From the NCBI RefSeq assembly GCF_009914755.1, contig NC_060928.1: 64,000 nt of DNA. One strand, written 5' to 3'. The notes under the pieces were generated by a model, which was not told where the DNA came from, made no database searches, and saw nothing but the letters and a program-made list of their open reading frames with translations. Shown piece by piece: positions 15,341 to 29,223 of the stretch (positions within the stretch are counted from its first letter, which is position 1; the number at the start of each line of letters is the position of its first letter). The position numbers and the translations under genes were made by a program. The stretch comes from the human T2T-CHM13v2.0 reference genome, Homo sapiens.

Positions 15341-16779
15341 CACCACAATTTTGAAGAATCAAAATAGGCAAAACTTTGAAAAAGTATAAATACAAATAAA
15401 TTACTTCACACACATTGTCTTACAATAATATTGTTACGAAAAGTGCTCTGGATGGAGACAAACATCATATTTGTAAATTCTATATATTTCAATGCAAATA
15501 AATAGAATTGTCAATGGTCTCCACTAAGCAGAGTTCGTTATCAGCTTACCAGTTATTCCAGTACATGAGAATATTTATCTCATTTAAAAATAGCATTACA
15601 AAGAGAAGCTTCAGTTAAAATGATTAGCAATTTTAAACTAATTAAGCATAAAATGGAAATTTGAAGAAAACTAGAAGTAACATTATTTAAAGAAAAATAA
15701 ACTCTACTGGAAAAAATATCCTAATTTTATAGTGGATATTACTTGTCCATTGCTTTAAGTATGGCTAGGAAACTGATTAAAGTATATGTGAATCAATAAT
15801 GGGGTAATATTTCTCATATACTATTTTTAATATTCAGAGAATCAACATTACATTTAAAATTTTTGCCTGGATATAAAATAATAATACTACATTTAGGTAT
15901 AAAAAACTGTTTAGAGGTCTATCAATATAATGAATCCTATTTTTTGATTAATAAGCAAGTGTTTCAAGTAATCATATAATTTTGAATAGTTTGAGTGTTC
16001 CCTTTCTTCTTAAAAGCGTCTTCATTTGGAAGATAACTTATATGATTCCAGCCGTAATTAACAACAAAAAACTAGTAGGATTAACAGATTAAAGACCACA
16101 GTAAAATGAAGTATACTGAAATGGGATTATTAGGAATTAAAAATATAGAAGTATGGTCAGAGGAGAAGTTGCCGGAGTTGAGATTTTGATATTTTGAGAT
16201 TTTGATTTTTGTGCAGTTATTCATAACAGCTATGACTTGGTTACAATCATGCAAATAAGTGAGCTTACATATGATGGAGAAGAGATTTTAAAAGTAAGAA
16301 AGTCAACAGACTCAAAACCTAGGATGTTGTATTGATGCTCATAGGAAGAGCCCTCGCCATAAAACATGTCTAATATTTTTAAGGAATGATAAGTAACACA
16401 AATTGTGTACAAAGCTTGTAGATTATAGTCTGATGACATATACTTCATTGGAGGTTATTTATTCTCTTGAAATGCACACATTTATCAAACAGGAAAGTTA
16501 GATAAATTTTCCATATCAATTATTATTGAACTACATATGATTTGGAGGCTGTAAAAGGCAGAAGGTAAAAGAGAATGATGTTGCCACAAGACACACCTAG
16601 CCTGAGATGAGGAAATGCAACAGAAAAACTTCCAGCCATGAGAATAAGTAGAAAGAACCAGAAAAAACTAGATTTAGAAAACTCTCTCTCAAATTGAGTA
16701 TACAGTGCAGGTACCCGATTTTATTTGGGTGCTTGGTTTTTAAGATTTCCTCATAAAGAGTAGCCCTTTATTTGCATGT

Positions 16780-16950
16780 ATTGATCAGTTACTATTTGCT
16801 AAAACTTTACATTTATTAATTAACTCATAATAATTTAGTAAAATAAATAATTGGATTACCATTTTATAGGAGAACTAAAGTTTAGAGTAATTGTGAATTT
16901 TTTCCAATGTCACGTAGCTAGTAGAAGTTAGAACCTGGGTTAAAATTTAT
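16780..16950 (-). mobile_element. MIR
   Basis: cattttataggagaactaaagtttagag..ccaatgtcacgtagctagtag, antisense MIR core. Confidence 0.6.
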
Positions 16951-18886
16951 CACTGTTATATATTAGAGAGTGATTTATTGTAATTATGTCATGCTGACTA
17001 TTCTTATTCACTTTGCTTTTAAAATTTAATTTAATCATTTTAATTAAAGTATTTCTAAGCGTACTTACACAATCTTTTATAGTCTCCTTCCCTGGGATGT
17101 ATGGACCAGCAATATGAACTCAATAGATTAAAATATTAGTGATGTCATCAGAGGTGACACTTGCCCCAAAATAAAAAATACTCATCAGTTATTCATTAAA
17201 TAGTTATAAGAGAATATTGATTGATACTAATTTTGAATCATAAAAATTAAATGACATTTTATAAATACATATCACATAAGATAAAATAGTCTAGGTATTG
17301 TGTGGGTAAAAATGTAACATTTCAAATTTGCACAGACAAAACTGTTCTAAGCTGAATGGTGGAGACAAGAAAGGGGCACGAAAAAAGGAAACAAAAATAT
17401 AGCAACGTATTATTGTTACAGAATTTGTATATGTAAAATATGTGTAATATTAAAATACAGATAAAATATAAATATCTATGTTCAGAATCCTATGTTAATT
17501 CTATATGTAAAATAGAAAAGTGTATAGTGAATGAAAATATACACAAATGCATTCATAATGAGCCCCATCACTTATCCCAAGGGATTATGATTAATTGAAA
17601 ACTATAATAAATACAACTCTACAAAATTGGAATGGGCTGTTTTTGGAAATTAGCTATGTACTCATCACTGAATTTGACTTCCAAGTATACTATTTAATGG
17701 ACAGTCACAGATAAATGTGAAATATGTGACTCTATAGATGTGATTTTTGTATGTCCAATTGTATTTTTCCAAATGATTTGTTTTGAATCTTTTGAAGATG
17801 TGTTACTCATCCTCATTTAACTGACTACTAATGACACAAGTGATGTTCACTGTAAAGGTACTTTTAAATGCCAGCTCTTAAGATCAGTCTTAACTCCTAT
17901 AGCATTTGCACAATATGGTACTGATATATGGCAGTTGAGAATTCTGAACATGTTGGGGGCTGTCTGACAAGCAAGTGATAAAAGCGTGGAGAAGGTGATT
18001 GAGCAAAGGGAAAAAGAAAAAAGAATGGGAAGTAGATGATTTTAAGGCCTGATGAGCTTTTTCACAAAATTTCTTGAAGTTCTCCTGAGACGGGAGAAGT
18101 ATTCAGCCCACTCTAACTGAAGAAAGGATTCTTCAAAATTATGGCCTTAGCCCAGGCAGTTAGACTATATTAACTCTTCTATGTGTCATAAATGCATAAG
18201 GAAAGACTTCACATAGACCCTCTCCCCTTTTTGATCTGACCTTTTGCTACATTTTTCTATCAATCATTTTGAAGGTCAAATTCCCCTGAAAAAAGCCTAG
18301 ATTCATATTTTGTAGATGAATTGTAATCTTCCCTGTAAATCATCTCTCATTTCTTCAAAATTAAATATCTGTTTATCATCTACATAAATACATAATTCAC
18401 AATTTAAATTGAAGTTCTAAATCTCAGATGCTTTATGGAAACAGAATAAAAGACACACTTATCTTTATTCATCTCATTTTAAACTCATTATCACTAGCAT
18501 GATATAGCCCCTCAGTTCTGCTGGAAACAACTGTCCTGACTTTCTCGGGTCCATTCATCTCCCACTTTCTCAAATGATGACTTTACCTCTATTCCCTTAA
18601 CCTAAGTATTGCTTCCTGTTTCATGGAGAAAATATAAATAACATTTACAGAGAAACTCCAAATGTCCTTAACATTACATTTATCAGCCTATATATGGAAT
18701 CATATTACTAACTTTATCTTCTATTACTAAAGATAAACTATTCCTGCTCCTTCCTAAGGTCATACTTTCCAGCTATACCCTAGATCTCATGCTCTATAGG
18801 ATCATCAAGGACATTGCTCCAAAAACTCTTCCCCTTTCTCACCCATTATGTAGTTCTCCTTTTTTTGTTGATTTATTCCAAAAGTT

Positions 18887-19587
18887 TATGTTTTTGTTTC
18901 CTAGGGATATCATAACAAAGTACCAACACTGGGTGGCTTCAATGAAAAAATTTATTTTCTCACAGCTTTGGAGGCTAGAAATCTGAGAGTAAGTTGTTGG
19001 CAGTTTTGTTGTAAGACATCTCTCCTTGGTGTGTAGATAGCAGCCTTCTTCCTGTGTCACCATTTTCTCTCTGCACATGTACATGTCTGTGCCCAAATTT
19101 CCTTTTTGGAGATGTAGTCTCACTCTTGTCACCTGGGCTGGAGTGCAATGGAGAGATATCTTGGCTCACTGTAACCTCCACCTCCCAGGTTCCAGCAATT
19201 CTCCTGCCTCAGCCTCCCGAGTAGCTGAGATTTCAGGTGCCTACCACCACGCTCAGCTAATTTTTGTATTTTTAGTAGAGACAGGGTTTCACTATATTGG
19301 CCAGGCTGTTCTCGCACTCCTAACCTCAGGTTATCCATCCACCTCGGCCTCCCACATTGCTGGGATTACAGGCATGAGCCGCCGTGCCTGGCCCCAAATT
19401 TCTTTTTCTTACAGACATAAGTCATATTTGCATTGGGTTAGGGCCAGTCCTAATGATCTCATTTTAACCTCTTTAAAGATCACATCTCCAAATACAGTCA
19501 CATTTTGTGGAGACTTTAGAACTGAGGTACTGGGGGCTAGGATTTCAAAATATAAATTTTGGTGGGGACAATATTAAGTCCGTAGCA
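18887..19587 (-). mobile_element. MLT1A/B-type MaLR LTR interrupted by an Alu
   Basis: cataacaaagtaccaacactgggtggctt..tttattttctcacagctttggaggctag; ctccaaatacagtcaca..gaggtactggggg. Confidence 0.8.
19103..19393 (-). mobile_element. AluS (Sq-like) with a very short tail
   Basis: Full antisense dimer with ctcttgtc and gtgcaatgg; TSD ccaaatttc(c/t)tttt. Confidence 0.9.
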
Positions 19588-19827
19588 GTATACAAATATG
19601 CTATTATTTTTTCTCTGTCTGATGCTTCTTTACTTTCCTTCCCTTTTCAGCAAACTCCTCGAAATGTTTCTCTACTTGCCATCATCATTTTCTCTCCTCT
19701 CTTTCTCAGGTGAACCTACTCCAAGGCTTTATCCCTACAACTCAACATAAACTGTGTTTTCAAGGTTACCCATGACCTCTACTTTGGAAAATATATAATA
19801 ATTTTTCATACTTTATCCTGATGACCT

Positions 19828-20815
19828 ATTTATTAATTTACTAGGTATGCCCTAACAAAGTACCAATGACTAGGTGGCTTAAAAAACAGAAATTTATATC
19901 ATTTCCATAATGCAAATTACAGTCACTGTCTTCCAAAGCCCCCAATCATGGCATCAACCTTGAAGACCATGATCGAGTACTGTGAATTAGGCCTGGGTCC
20001 AGGTGAAGCTCATTATGTGCAGTTTCTCATGCACAACAGCTCAAATGCAGCATCTTTGGATACTGAGAAAGTGATATAAAATGATAAGTTATCCATCTTA
20101 CTGTCCAGATCCAACATAATGCTGAGATAGAAATTTAACAACCATTAAAAAGAGGGAAAAAGAGAAAACATAGCAGCCACAAATCTGTAGCCAATTTGAA
20201 ATCCACCGAGGAACATGTCATCACATTCCTCTATTCCAGGGAAAAGTCACAAATAGTTTCTCTCCCAGAAAGAATGGAAGAAGGTACCCAGTACATCCAT
20301 GGTTCTCTCTGCCACTTGGCTCTGTCCTCCAAGTGGTACTTCCTTTTTTATGAGAAGTGTCCTCTGTTTGCAATTGATTAGATCTTTAGTCTCCCTATCT
20401 CTGTTTAAAGAGTTCCAGGACCAGGGGCTTTTTAAAATTTTGAACTTTCTCAATATCTTTTAGTGTAAGCTGTCAGCACTTTCATACATACATTCTCTTA
20501 AAGTTTCTGTGAGTTTCTTATAAATCTTATAAGTGTTCATCCCATACTCCAAAAACCATATTAATAATTTTTCAACATTAGTTTTTCTTTACTTTAGCTA
20601 AAATGCTATGGGATAATGGCCATGCAATTGTTTTGTAGAGTGGCATACTAGGCAAACTTTAAAATATTTCTAAGATCATGGCAGAGGGTTTCATAATTAA
20701 ATCCCTGATTTGACGTTTACACTGAGGCCATTTCATACTTGGAGAGTGTTTAGTGATTGAAGAAACTGGATATTTGAGACTGTTTTATTTTATGCCCCAA
20801 CAATTCTTTGTTTTC
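19828..20815 (-). mobile_element. MLT1 LTR piece plus MaLR internal (MLT1-int-like) sequence
   Basis: aacaaagtaccaatgactaggtggcttaaaaaacagaaattt, then aagttatcc..caacataatg..aaaaagagggaaaa..agcagccac. Confidence 0.5.
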
Positions 20816-20819
20816 CTAT

Positions 20820-22007
20820 ATGGTCATGCACCACATAATGATGTTTTAGTCACCACATATACATATACCATGGTGGTTTCCAAAGATTATAATGGCACTG
20901 AAAAATTCTTATGGCCTTGTGGCTTCACAGACATCATAGTTCTACATGTCACTTGTATGTTTATGATGATGCTGGTGGAAACAAATCTACTGCACTGCCA
21001 GTCATATTTAAGTATAGTACATATAATTATGAACAGTATGTAATACTTGATAATGATGATAAATGACCATGTTACTTGTTTGTGTATTTACTATACATTT
21101 TATCATTATCTTAAAGTGTAATCCTACTTATAAATATGTCAACGTGAAACAGTCTCAGGCAGGTCCTTCAGGAGGTATTCCAGAAGAAGGCATTTTTATC
21201 ATAGGAGATGACAGCTCTGTGTGTTTTACTGCCTCTGAAGACCTTTAAGTGGGACAGGATGTGGAAGTGGAAGGTGATGATATTAGTGATGCTGACTCTG
21301 TGTAGGCCTAGGCTAATGGGTGTCTTCATGTCTTAATTTTTAACAGATAAGCTTAAAAAGTAAAAAATGACCAAATTTTTAAAAATGGAAAAAAGCTTAC
21401 AGAGTAAGGATATAAAGAAAGAAGATATCTTTGTATAGCTGTACAGTGTGTTCATGTTTTATGCTAAGTGTTATGAAAATGTTTAAAAAAGTTTTTTAAA
21501 AAGTGCATAAAGTAAAAACAGTTACAAGTTGAGTTTAATTTGTCAATGAAGAAAGAAATTTTTAAAAATAAATTCAGTGTAGCCTAAGTGTACAGTGTTT
21601 ATAAAGTCTGCAGTGGTGTACACTCATGTCCTAGGCCTTCACATTCACTTAGCCCTCACTCATTGACTCACTCAGAACAACTTGCAGTCTTGCAAGCACC
21701 ATTCATGGTAAGTGCCTTATACAGGTGTATCATTATTTATCTTTTATAACATATTTTCACTGTACCTTTTCTACGTTTAGATACAAACACCATTGTGTTT
21801 CAATTGCCTAGAGTATTGAGTACAGTAACATGCTGTACATGTTTGTAGCCTAGGAGCAACAGGCTATACCATATAGCCCAGATGTGTAGTAGGCTACACC
21901 ATGTAGGTCTGTGTAAGCACACAATAAGGTTTCTGTAAGTGTGCAACACAATCACCTAATGACATTTCTCAGTATGTATCCCCATTGTTACGTGACCCAT
22001 TACTGTA
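20820..22007 (-). mobile_element. Tigger3b, second copy
   Basis: Reverse complement of the 3727-5265 element; ends atttctcagtatgtatccccattgttacgtgacccattactg|ta. Confidence 0.85.
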
Positions 22008-22436
22008 TTCACTAGCAAGGGAATTGTTGGTCATATGGTAATTCTGTGTTTAACTTTTCATTTGTTTTCCACCTTGGCTCCCCTGCTGTGCGTTCCCAGT
22101 AGCAATGTTTAACAGTTATAATAGCTCCACATACTTGACACTAGTTATTTTCTTTATATGTAAATAACTATGTATCTGCATGTTAGTAGATGGGAAGTGG
22201 TATCTCATTGTGGTTTTGATTTGTATTTCTCTAATGGCTTATCTTTTCATTTATTTATTCGCCAGTTCTGTATCTTCTAAGGAGACATGTCTATTTAGAT
22301 ATCTTTCCCATTTTAAAACTTGGTTATTTGCTTTTTATTGTTAATTTGTAAGAGTATTTTATATATTCCAGTACTAGTCCCTTATCAGAAATATGATCTG
22401 GAAATATTTTCTCCCATCCTGTGGGTTGAGTTTTAG

Positions 22437-22762
<326 letters not shown>

Positions 22763-22854
22763 AAGTTATAATTTTCTACTGAGCACCATTGTCACTCCTT
22801 CTTATACATCTTTTGTATGTTGTGCTTTGGTTTTTCTTTATTTCTAAGTATTTT

Positions 22855-22935
22855 CACACACACACACACACAAACACGTATATATATATATATATATATA
22901 TACAGAAGCACATATATATGTATATACACACAAAT
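22855..22935. repeat. (CA)n(TA)n microsatellite
   Basis: Seen directly in the sequence. Confidence 0.9.
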
Positions 22936-22944
22936 ATATTCTTA

Positions 22945-23545
22945 AACTTTAAAGAATCTATAAGGAACTTAAACAATTCAATGAGTAAAAAATAAATAAC
23001 TCCATTAAAGATTGGGCAAAAAACATAAACAGATTTGTCTCAAAAGAAAATATACAAGTGGCCAAGAGACATGAAAAAATGCTCAGTATCACTAATCAGC
23101 AGAGAAATGTAAATCAAAACCACAAAATGACATTCTTATGCCACTCGAAATGGCTATTAATAAAGTCAAACATAATAGATGCTCGCAAGGCTGTGATGAG
23201 AAGGGAATGGTGGGAAGGCAAATTAGTTCAGCCACTGTGGAAAGCAGTTTGGAGATTTCTCAAAGAGCTTAAAACAGAGCTACAATTCAATTTAGCAACC
23301 CCATTACTGGGTATATACCCAAAGAAAAATAAATCAGTCTACCAAAAGGACACATACCCTCATATGTTCATTGAAGCACAATTCACCATAGCAAAGACAT
23401 GGAATCAAACTAGGTGACCATCGATGGTGGACTGGATAAAGAAAACTTGGTGCATATGCACCATGGAATACTACGTAGCCACAGAAAGAATAAAATCATT
23501 TACTTTACAGCAACATTGATGGAGCTGGAGTTCATTATTCTAAGC
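22945..23545 (+). mobile_element. L1PB/L1PA ORF2 C-terminal fragment without poly(A)
   Basis: Remnant peptide KLVQPLWKAVWRFLKELKTEL..TIAKTWNQ; stops at attattctaag. Confidence 0.8.
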
Positions 23546-24830
23546 ATTTTCTAATTTGTTTGTGGGACCTATGATTATTTTAAAACGTGTTTTTTAATTT
23601 TCACATATTTCTGAATTTTCCAAATTTCTTTCTGTTAATTTATAATTTTTTTCAATTGTGGTTAGGAAATAAACTTTTAATAATTATAATATTTTAAAAT
23701 TTATTGCAACTTGTTTCTAGCCTTAAAAACGTTCTAACTTGGAGAATGTTCAATGTACACTTTAGAGAAATGTGTATTTTGCTTTTTGGGGGATAGATTA
23801 TTAGGTATATATCTACTAAGTCTAGTTCATATTTAATAATATTCAAGTCTTCTATTTTCTTGCTTTTCTTCATTCTAATTCTTCCTTCCATTACTGAAAG
23901 AAGGGTATTGAAGTCTCAAACTATTTTTGTTAAATGGTGTTTTTCCCTTCATTTCTATCAGTTTTTACTTTTTGTATATTGGGACTCTATTGTTAGCTGC
24001 ATATATGTTTATAATTGTTACATATTCTTAATGGATTGACTGTATCATCATATGATGCCCTTCTTTTTCTCTAGTAACAATTTTATATTAAAGTTCATTA
24101 TATATAATTTTAACATAAGCAGACCTTTTCTATTTAAATGGAATATCTTTTTTTATTCTTTTAATTTCAATTTATTTGTGTCTTTGGATCTAAATGAGTT
24201 TCTTGTAGACAGCATAAAATAGATCTTTTGAAAAATCCATTCTACCAAGCTACGTATTTTTATTGGAAAATTTAATTGTTTACAGTTAATGCAATTTCTT
24301 TAAAAAGACTTATTTATGCTATTGCACTCTTTCTTGTCTCTGTATCTTCTCTCCTTTGGTTTCTTGTTCTTCTTACTGCATTTTTTGTATTAAATATTTT
24401 CTAGTGTATAAGTTTTAATTTCCCTGTCATTGCTTTTTCTATAAATTTTGAGTTATTTTCCTAGTGGTTTTGTTGTGTATTACAAATAACACCTTAATTT
24501 ATAACAATCTGGCTTGGATTAGTAACAATTTCCATAATACAAAAATTTTACTCCCATATAGATCTGTCCCTTCTTGGTGCTGGTATCATCACAATTCATC
24601 TTTGTACATTGTGTGGCCAACAAAGACTTATAATTATTGCATTATACAGTTAGTTTTTAATTTAGGTGAAATAAAAAGGAATTATAACACATATATATTT
24701 ATTCAGTGTTTTCTATTTACCTATGTAGTTTCTTTTACTTTGTTATTTATTCCTTCATTCAGATTTGAGTTAACGTCTACTGTCCTTGCATTTCAACCTA
24801 AGAACTCCCTTTAGAATTTGTTGTAGGGCA

Positions 24831-24943
24831 TCATTCAAAAAAAATACTTGCAGGCGCATGTTTATAGCAGCACAATTCACAACTGCAAAATCGTGGAACC
24901 AACCCAAATGCCCAGCAATCAACGAGTGGATAAAGAAACTGTG

Positions 24944-24975
<32 letters not shown>

Positions 24976-26804
24976 GTATATATATATATATGATGCAATA
25001 CTACTCAGCCATAAAAAGGAATGAAATAACAGCATTTGCAATGATCTGGATGAGATTGGAGACTATTATTCTAAGTGAAGTAACGCAGGAATGGAAAACC
25101 AAACATCGTATGTTCTCACTGATATGATATGTGGGAGCTAAACTAAGGGGATGCAAAGGCAAAAGAATGATACAATGTGTGACACACATCTACAACCATC
25201 TGATCTTTGACAAACCTTACAAAAGCAATAGGAAAAGGATTCCCTGTTTAATAAATGGTGTTGGGAAAACTGGCTAGCCATATGCAGAAAACTGAAACTG
25301 GACCCCTTCCTTACACCTTATACAAAAATTAACTCAAGATGGATTGAAGACTTAAATGTAAGACCTAAAACCATAAAAACCCTAAAAGAAAACCTAGGCA
25401 ATATCATTCAGGACATAAGCATGGGCAAAGACTTCATGACTAAAACACCAAAAGCAATGGCAACAAAAGCCAAAATTGACAAATGGAATCTAATTAAACA
25501 AAGAGCTTCTGCACAGCAAAAGAAACTATCATCAGAGTGAACAGGAAACCTACAGAATGGGAGAAAATGTTTGCAATCTATCTATCTGATAAAGGGATAA
25601 TATCCAGAATCTACAAGGAACTTAAACAAATTTACAAGAAAAAAATAACCACATCAAAAAGTGGGCAAAGGATATGAACAGACACTTCTCAAAAGAAAAC
25701 ATTTATGCAGCCAACAAACTTATGAAAGAAAGCTCATCATCACTGGTCATTGGAAAAATGCAAATCAAAACCACAATGAGATCCCATCTCATGCCAGTTA
25801 GAATGGCAATCATTAAAAAGTCAGGAAACAACGGATGCTGGAGAGAAAGTGGAGAAATAGGAATGCTTTCTCACTGTTGGTGGGAGTATAAATTAGTTCA
25901 ACCTTTATGGAAGACAGTGTGGTGATTCCTCAAGGATCTAGAACCAGAAATATCATTTGACCCAGTAATCCCATTACTGGGTATATACCCAAAGGATTAT
26001 AAATCCTTCTGCTCTAGAGACACATGCACACGTATGTTTATTGCAGCACTGTTTATGATAGCAAAGCACACGTATGTTTATTGCAGCACTGTTCACGATA
26101 GCAAAGACTTGGAACCAACCCAAATGTTCATAAGTGATAGACTGGATAAATAAAATGTGGCATATATACACCATGGAATACTATGTAGCCATAAAAAAGG
26201 ATGAATTCTTGTCCTTTGCAGGGACGTGGATGAAGGTCAAAAACATCATTCTCAGTAAACTAACACAGGAACAGAAAACCATATGCTGCATGTTCTCACT
26301 CATAAGTTGGAGTTGAACAATGAGAACACATGGACACAGGGAGGGGAACATCACACACTGGGGCCTGTGGGGGGTAGGAGGCTAGAAGAGGGATAGCATT
26401 TGGAGAAATACCTAATGTAGATGACAGGTTGATGGGTGCAGCAAACCACCATGGCAGTGTATACCTATGTAATAAACCTGCATGTTCTTCACGTGTATCC
26501 CAGAACTTAAAGTATAATAATAAAAAAAAAGAAAGCCAACACGTCATCTCTAAATAAAAAGCATTAAGTAGCATTGAAAAAAAATGATACAGTGGACTTT
26601 GGGAACTTGGGGGAAGAGTGGGGGGGGGGGCGAGGGATAAAGGACAACAACAAATACAGTGCAGTGTATACTGCTCAGGTGATGGGTGCACCAAAATCTC
26701 ACAAATCATCACTAAAGAACTTACTCATGTAGACAAACACCGACTGTACCCCAATAACTTATGGAAAAATAAAATTAAAAAAATAAAAAAATTAAATAAA
26801 AAAA
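24831..26804 (+). mobile_element. 5'-truncated L1PB1 split by an L1PA7 insertion
   Basis: L1PB1 3'UTR gatgggtgcaccaaaatctcacaaatc..ccccaataacttatggaaa; internal (TA)n at 24944-24990; TSD agaatttgttgta(g/t)ggca at 24813-24830 and 26870-26887. Confidence 0.85.
25183..26530 (+). mobile_element. 5'-truncated L1PA7-like
   Basis: ORF2 3' part plus 3'UTR ggagaaatacctaatgtagatgacaggttgatgggtgcagc..cccagaacttaaagtataataa; TSD aatgataca(a/g)tg. Confidence 0.85.
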
Positions 26805-28532
26805 AGAATTTGTTGTAACGAAATGCAATCTGTACCCCGATAACTTATGGAAAAATAAAACTAAAAAAAAGAATTTGTTGTATGGCAGATATGCTAGTGA
26901 TAAACTCTGTTTTTATCTAGGAATGTTTTGATTTTTCCTTCATTTTTGAAGAATGGTTTTGCCAGATATAGAATTCTTCCGTGACTCTTTTCTTTTACTA
27001 CTTTAAATATTTCATCCCACTACCTCTATGTTTTCTGACATGAAATTAGTTGTTAATCTCATTGAAGATCCTTTGTATGTGATGATTATCTTTTCATGCT
27101 GCTTTCAAGATGTTTTCAATGTATTTGGCTTTTGAAAGTCTAATTATGATGTATCTAGTTATATATTTCTTTGAATTTATTCTGCTATGAGTACATTGAG
27201 CATTTTGATGTGTAGATTAACATTTTTCATCAAATTATGATTATCTTTAGTCATTATTTCTTCAAATTTCTTTCTGTCCCTTTTTCTCTCTCCTCCTGGG
27301 ATTTTCATTATGAATGAATTGGTACAGAAGTCTCCAAGACTTTCTTCAGTTTTTTTTTTTTGTTTTTTTTTTCTTTTTCATTCTCTGGTGTTTTGTTTTT
27401 TTTTTCTGTTCCTCAGTCTGGATAATCTCAATTGATCTACTTTCAGTTTTGCTGATTCTTTATTCTGTCTGCTTGAGTCTGCTATTGAGCCCCCTCTATA
27501 TAATTTTTCATATCAGTTATTATACTTTTCAACTTCTTAATTCCTATGTAAATTTTTAATTATTTAAATATCATTATTAATATTCTATATTTTTTGAGAC
27601 AGTGTTCCAATTTGTCTTTCTCTTTAGACATTGTTTCCTTAGCTCATTAAAAATGTTTAAAATAGCTGAGTTAAAGTTTTTGTCTTGAAAATCTAAGTTC
27701 TGGGCTTCCCCTTGGACAGTTCTATTTACTACTTTTTTCTTCCTCAATATGGGCAATAATTTCTTATTTCTTTGCATGTTCAGTCTTTTTGGTTGGGGAC
27801 TGGATATTTTGAATATTATAATTTAGCAACTCTGGAAATTACATCCTCTGAAGAGTTTTTCAAATTACTCATAGACATCTCATTTCCCAGACTTTCCTCC
27901 CAAGTTTTAAGTTAGTCTGTCGTGTGGCTCAATTGTTTTCTAACCACACACAGAAACAATTAAAATATTTGCCTATACATGCTTTAAACATATGCATCCT
28001 TTCATTTCCTTTTAGGTGGCAGCTTTAGCGCTGGGCAAGTTCTGAGTCAGGTGAAATAAAGATAAGCCCTTTGAGCCAGTCTTCCAAGGAACCAACACAC
28101 AGATGAAAAAAAAAAAAATTACACTTGCTCGTTAATGAGGTCCAATCTTCTCCTATGGTACTGGAAATGTGAGCTGCTACTTCCAATACTACCAGTTGAA
28201 CAGTGGGAGATGAGCATGGGGGTAGTTAAAATGCCACACATTTCACTGTTCTTATCAAGATTCAGTTGTTTTTCTTAAGCAAGCACTGGTTGTTGCAAAC
28301 CTTTGGTTAATTTTCCGTGCTCCCCAAAATTTGTACTGACAGCTTTTCCCAGTATTTAATTTAATTGCCTATTTTGAAGGGATACAATTTTAGTTTCTTA
28401 TTCCACTACTTTCCTGAAGACTATACTTTTCTTTTTCAATTCCTAACTTTTACATTAGTTTAAAAGTGATTATACCTTTCTTAGTTAATGGCGTCTGAGC
28501 AGTCTATAGACATTTTTTAAAAAGCATATTAA

Positions 28533-28663
28533 GGCTGAGCACAGTGGCTCACGCCTGTAATCCCAGCACTTTGGGAGGCCAAGGCAGGCAGATCACGAGA
28601 TCAGGAGATTGAAACCATCCTGATAGCGACAGAGCTAGACTCCGTCTCAAAAAGAAAAAAAAA
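28533..28663 (+). mobile_element. Internally deleted, monomer-length Alu (AluSc/Y-like)
   Basis: Left arm up to accatcctg joined to gcgacagagctagactccgtctc plus A tail. Confidence 0.85.
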
Positions 28664-28859
28664 TACATCTATATATCAAATATTAATGTACTATATTTTA
28701 ACTAAGCTGATCTAAAGCTCCCTCTTTTTTAAGTTCTTAAAATTAAATTTAATTTTCACTCTTGAAACATTTGTGTATAGTATCTTTAAAGATCCAAGAC
28801 TTCTAGTCCTGTGCATTTTTATCAAAAGTTTTTAGAAAAAAAAAGTTATAGAATTTTTC

Positions 28860-29223
<364 letters not shown>

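Larger units (their letters stand above)
18490..19820 (+). mobile_element. L2 fragments flanking the MLT1 LTR
   Basis: tgcttcctgtttcatggagaaa, tcaaggacattgctcca, ttcaaggttacccatgacctc. Confidence 0.55.

Noticed and set aside
19077-19577. 166-aa ORF, and similar ORFs at 4439, 22442, 28918 and 44547
   Set aside because: Typical Alu-derived translations
26609-26636. G-rich run with G-quadruplex potential
   Set aside because: Normal polypurine tract of the L1 3'UTR
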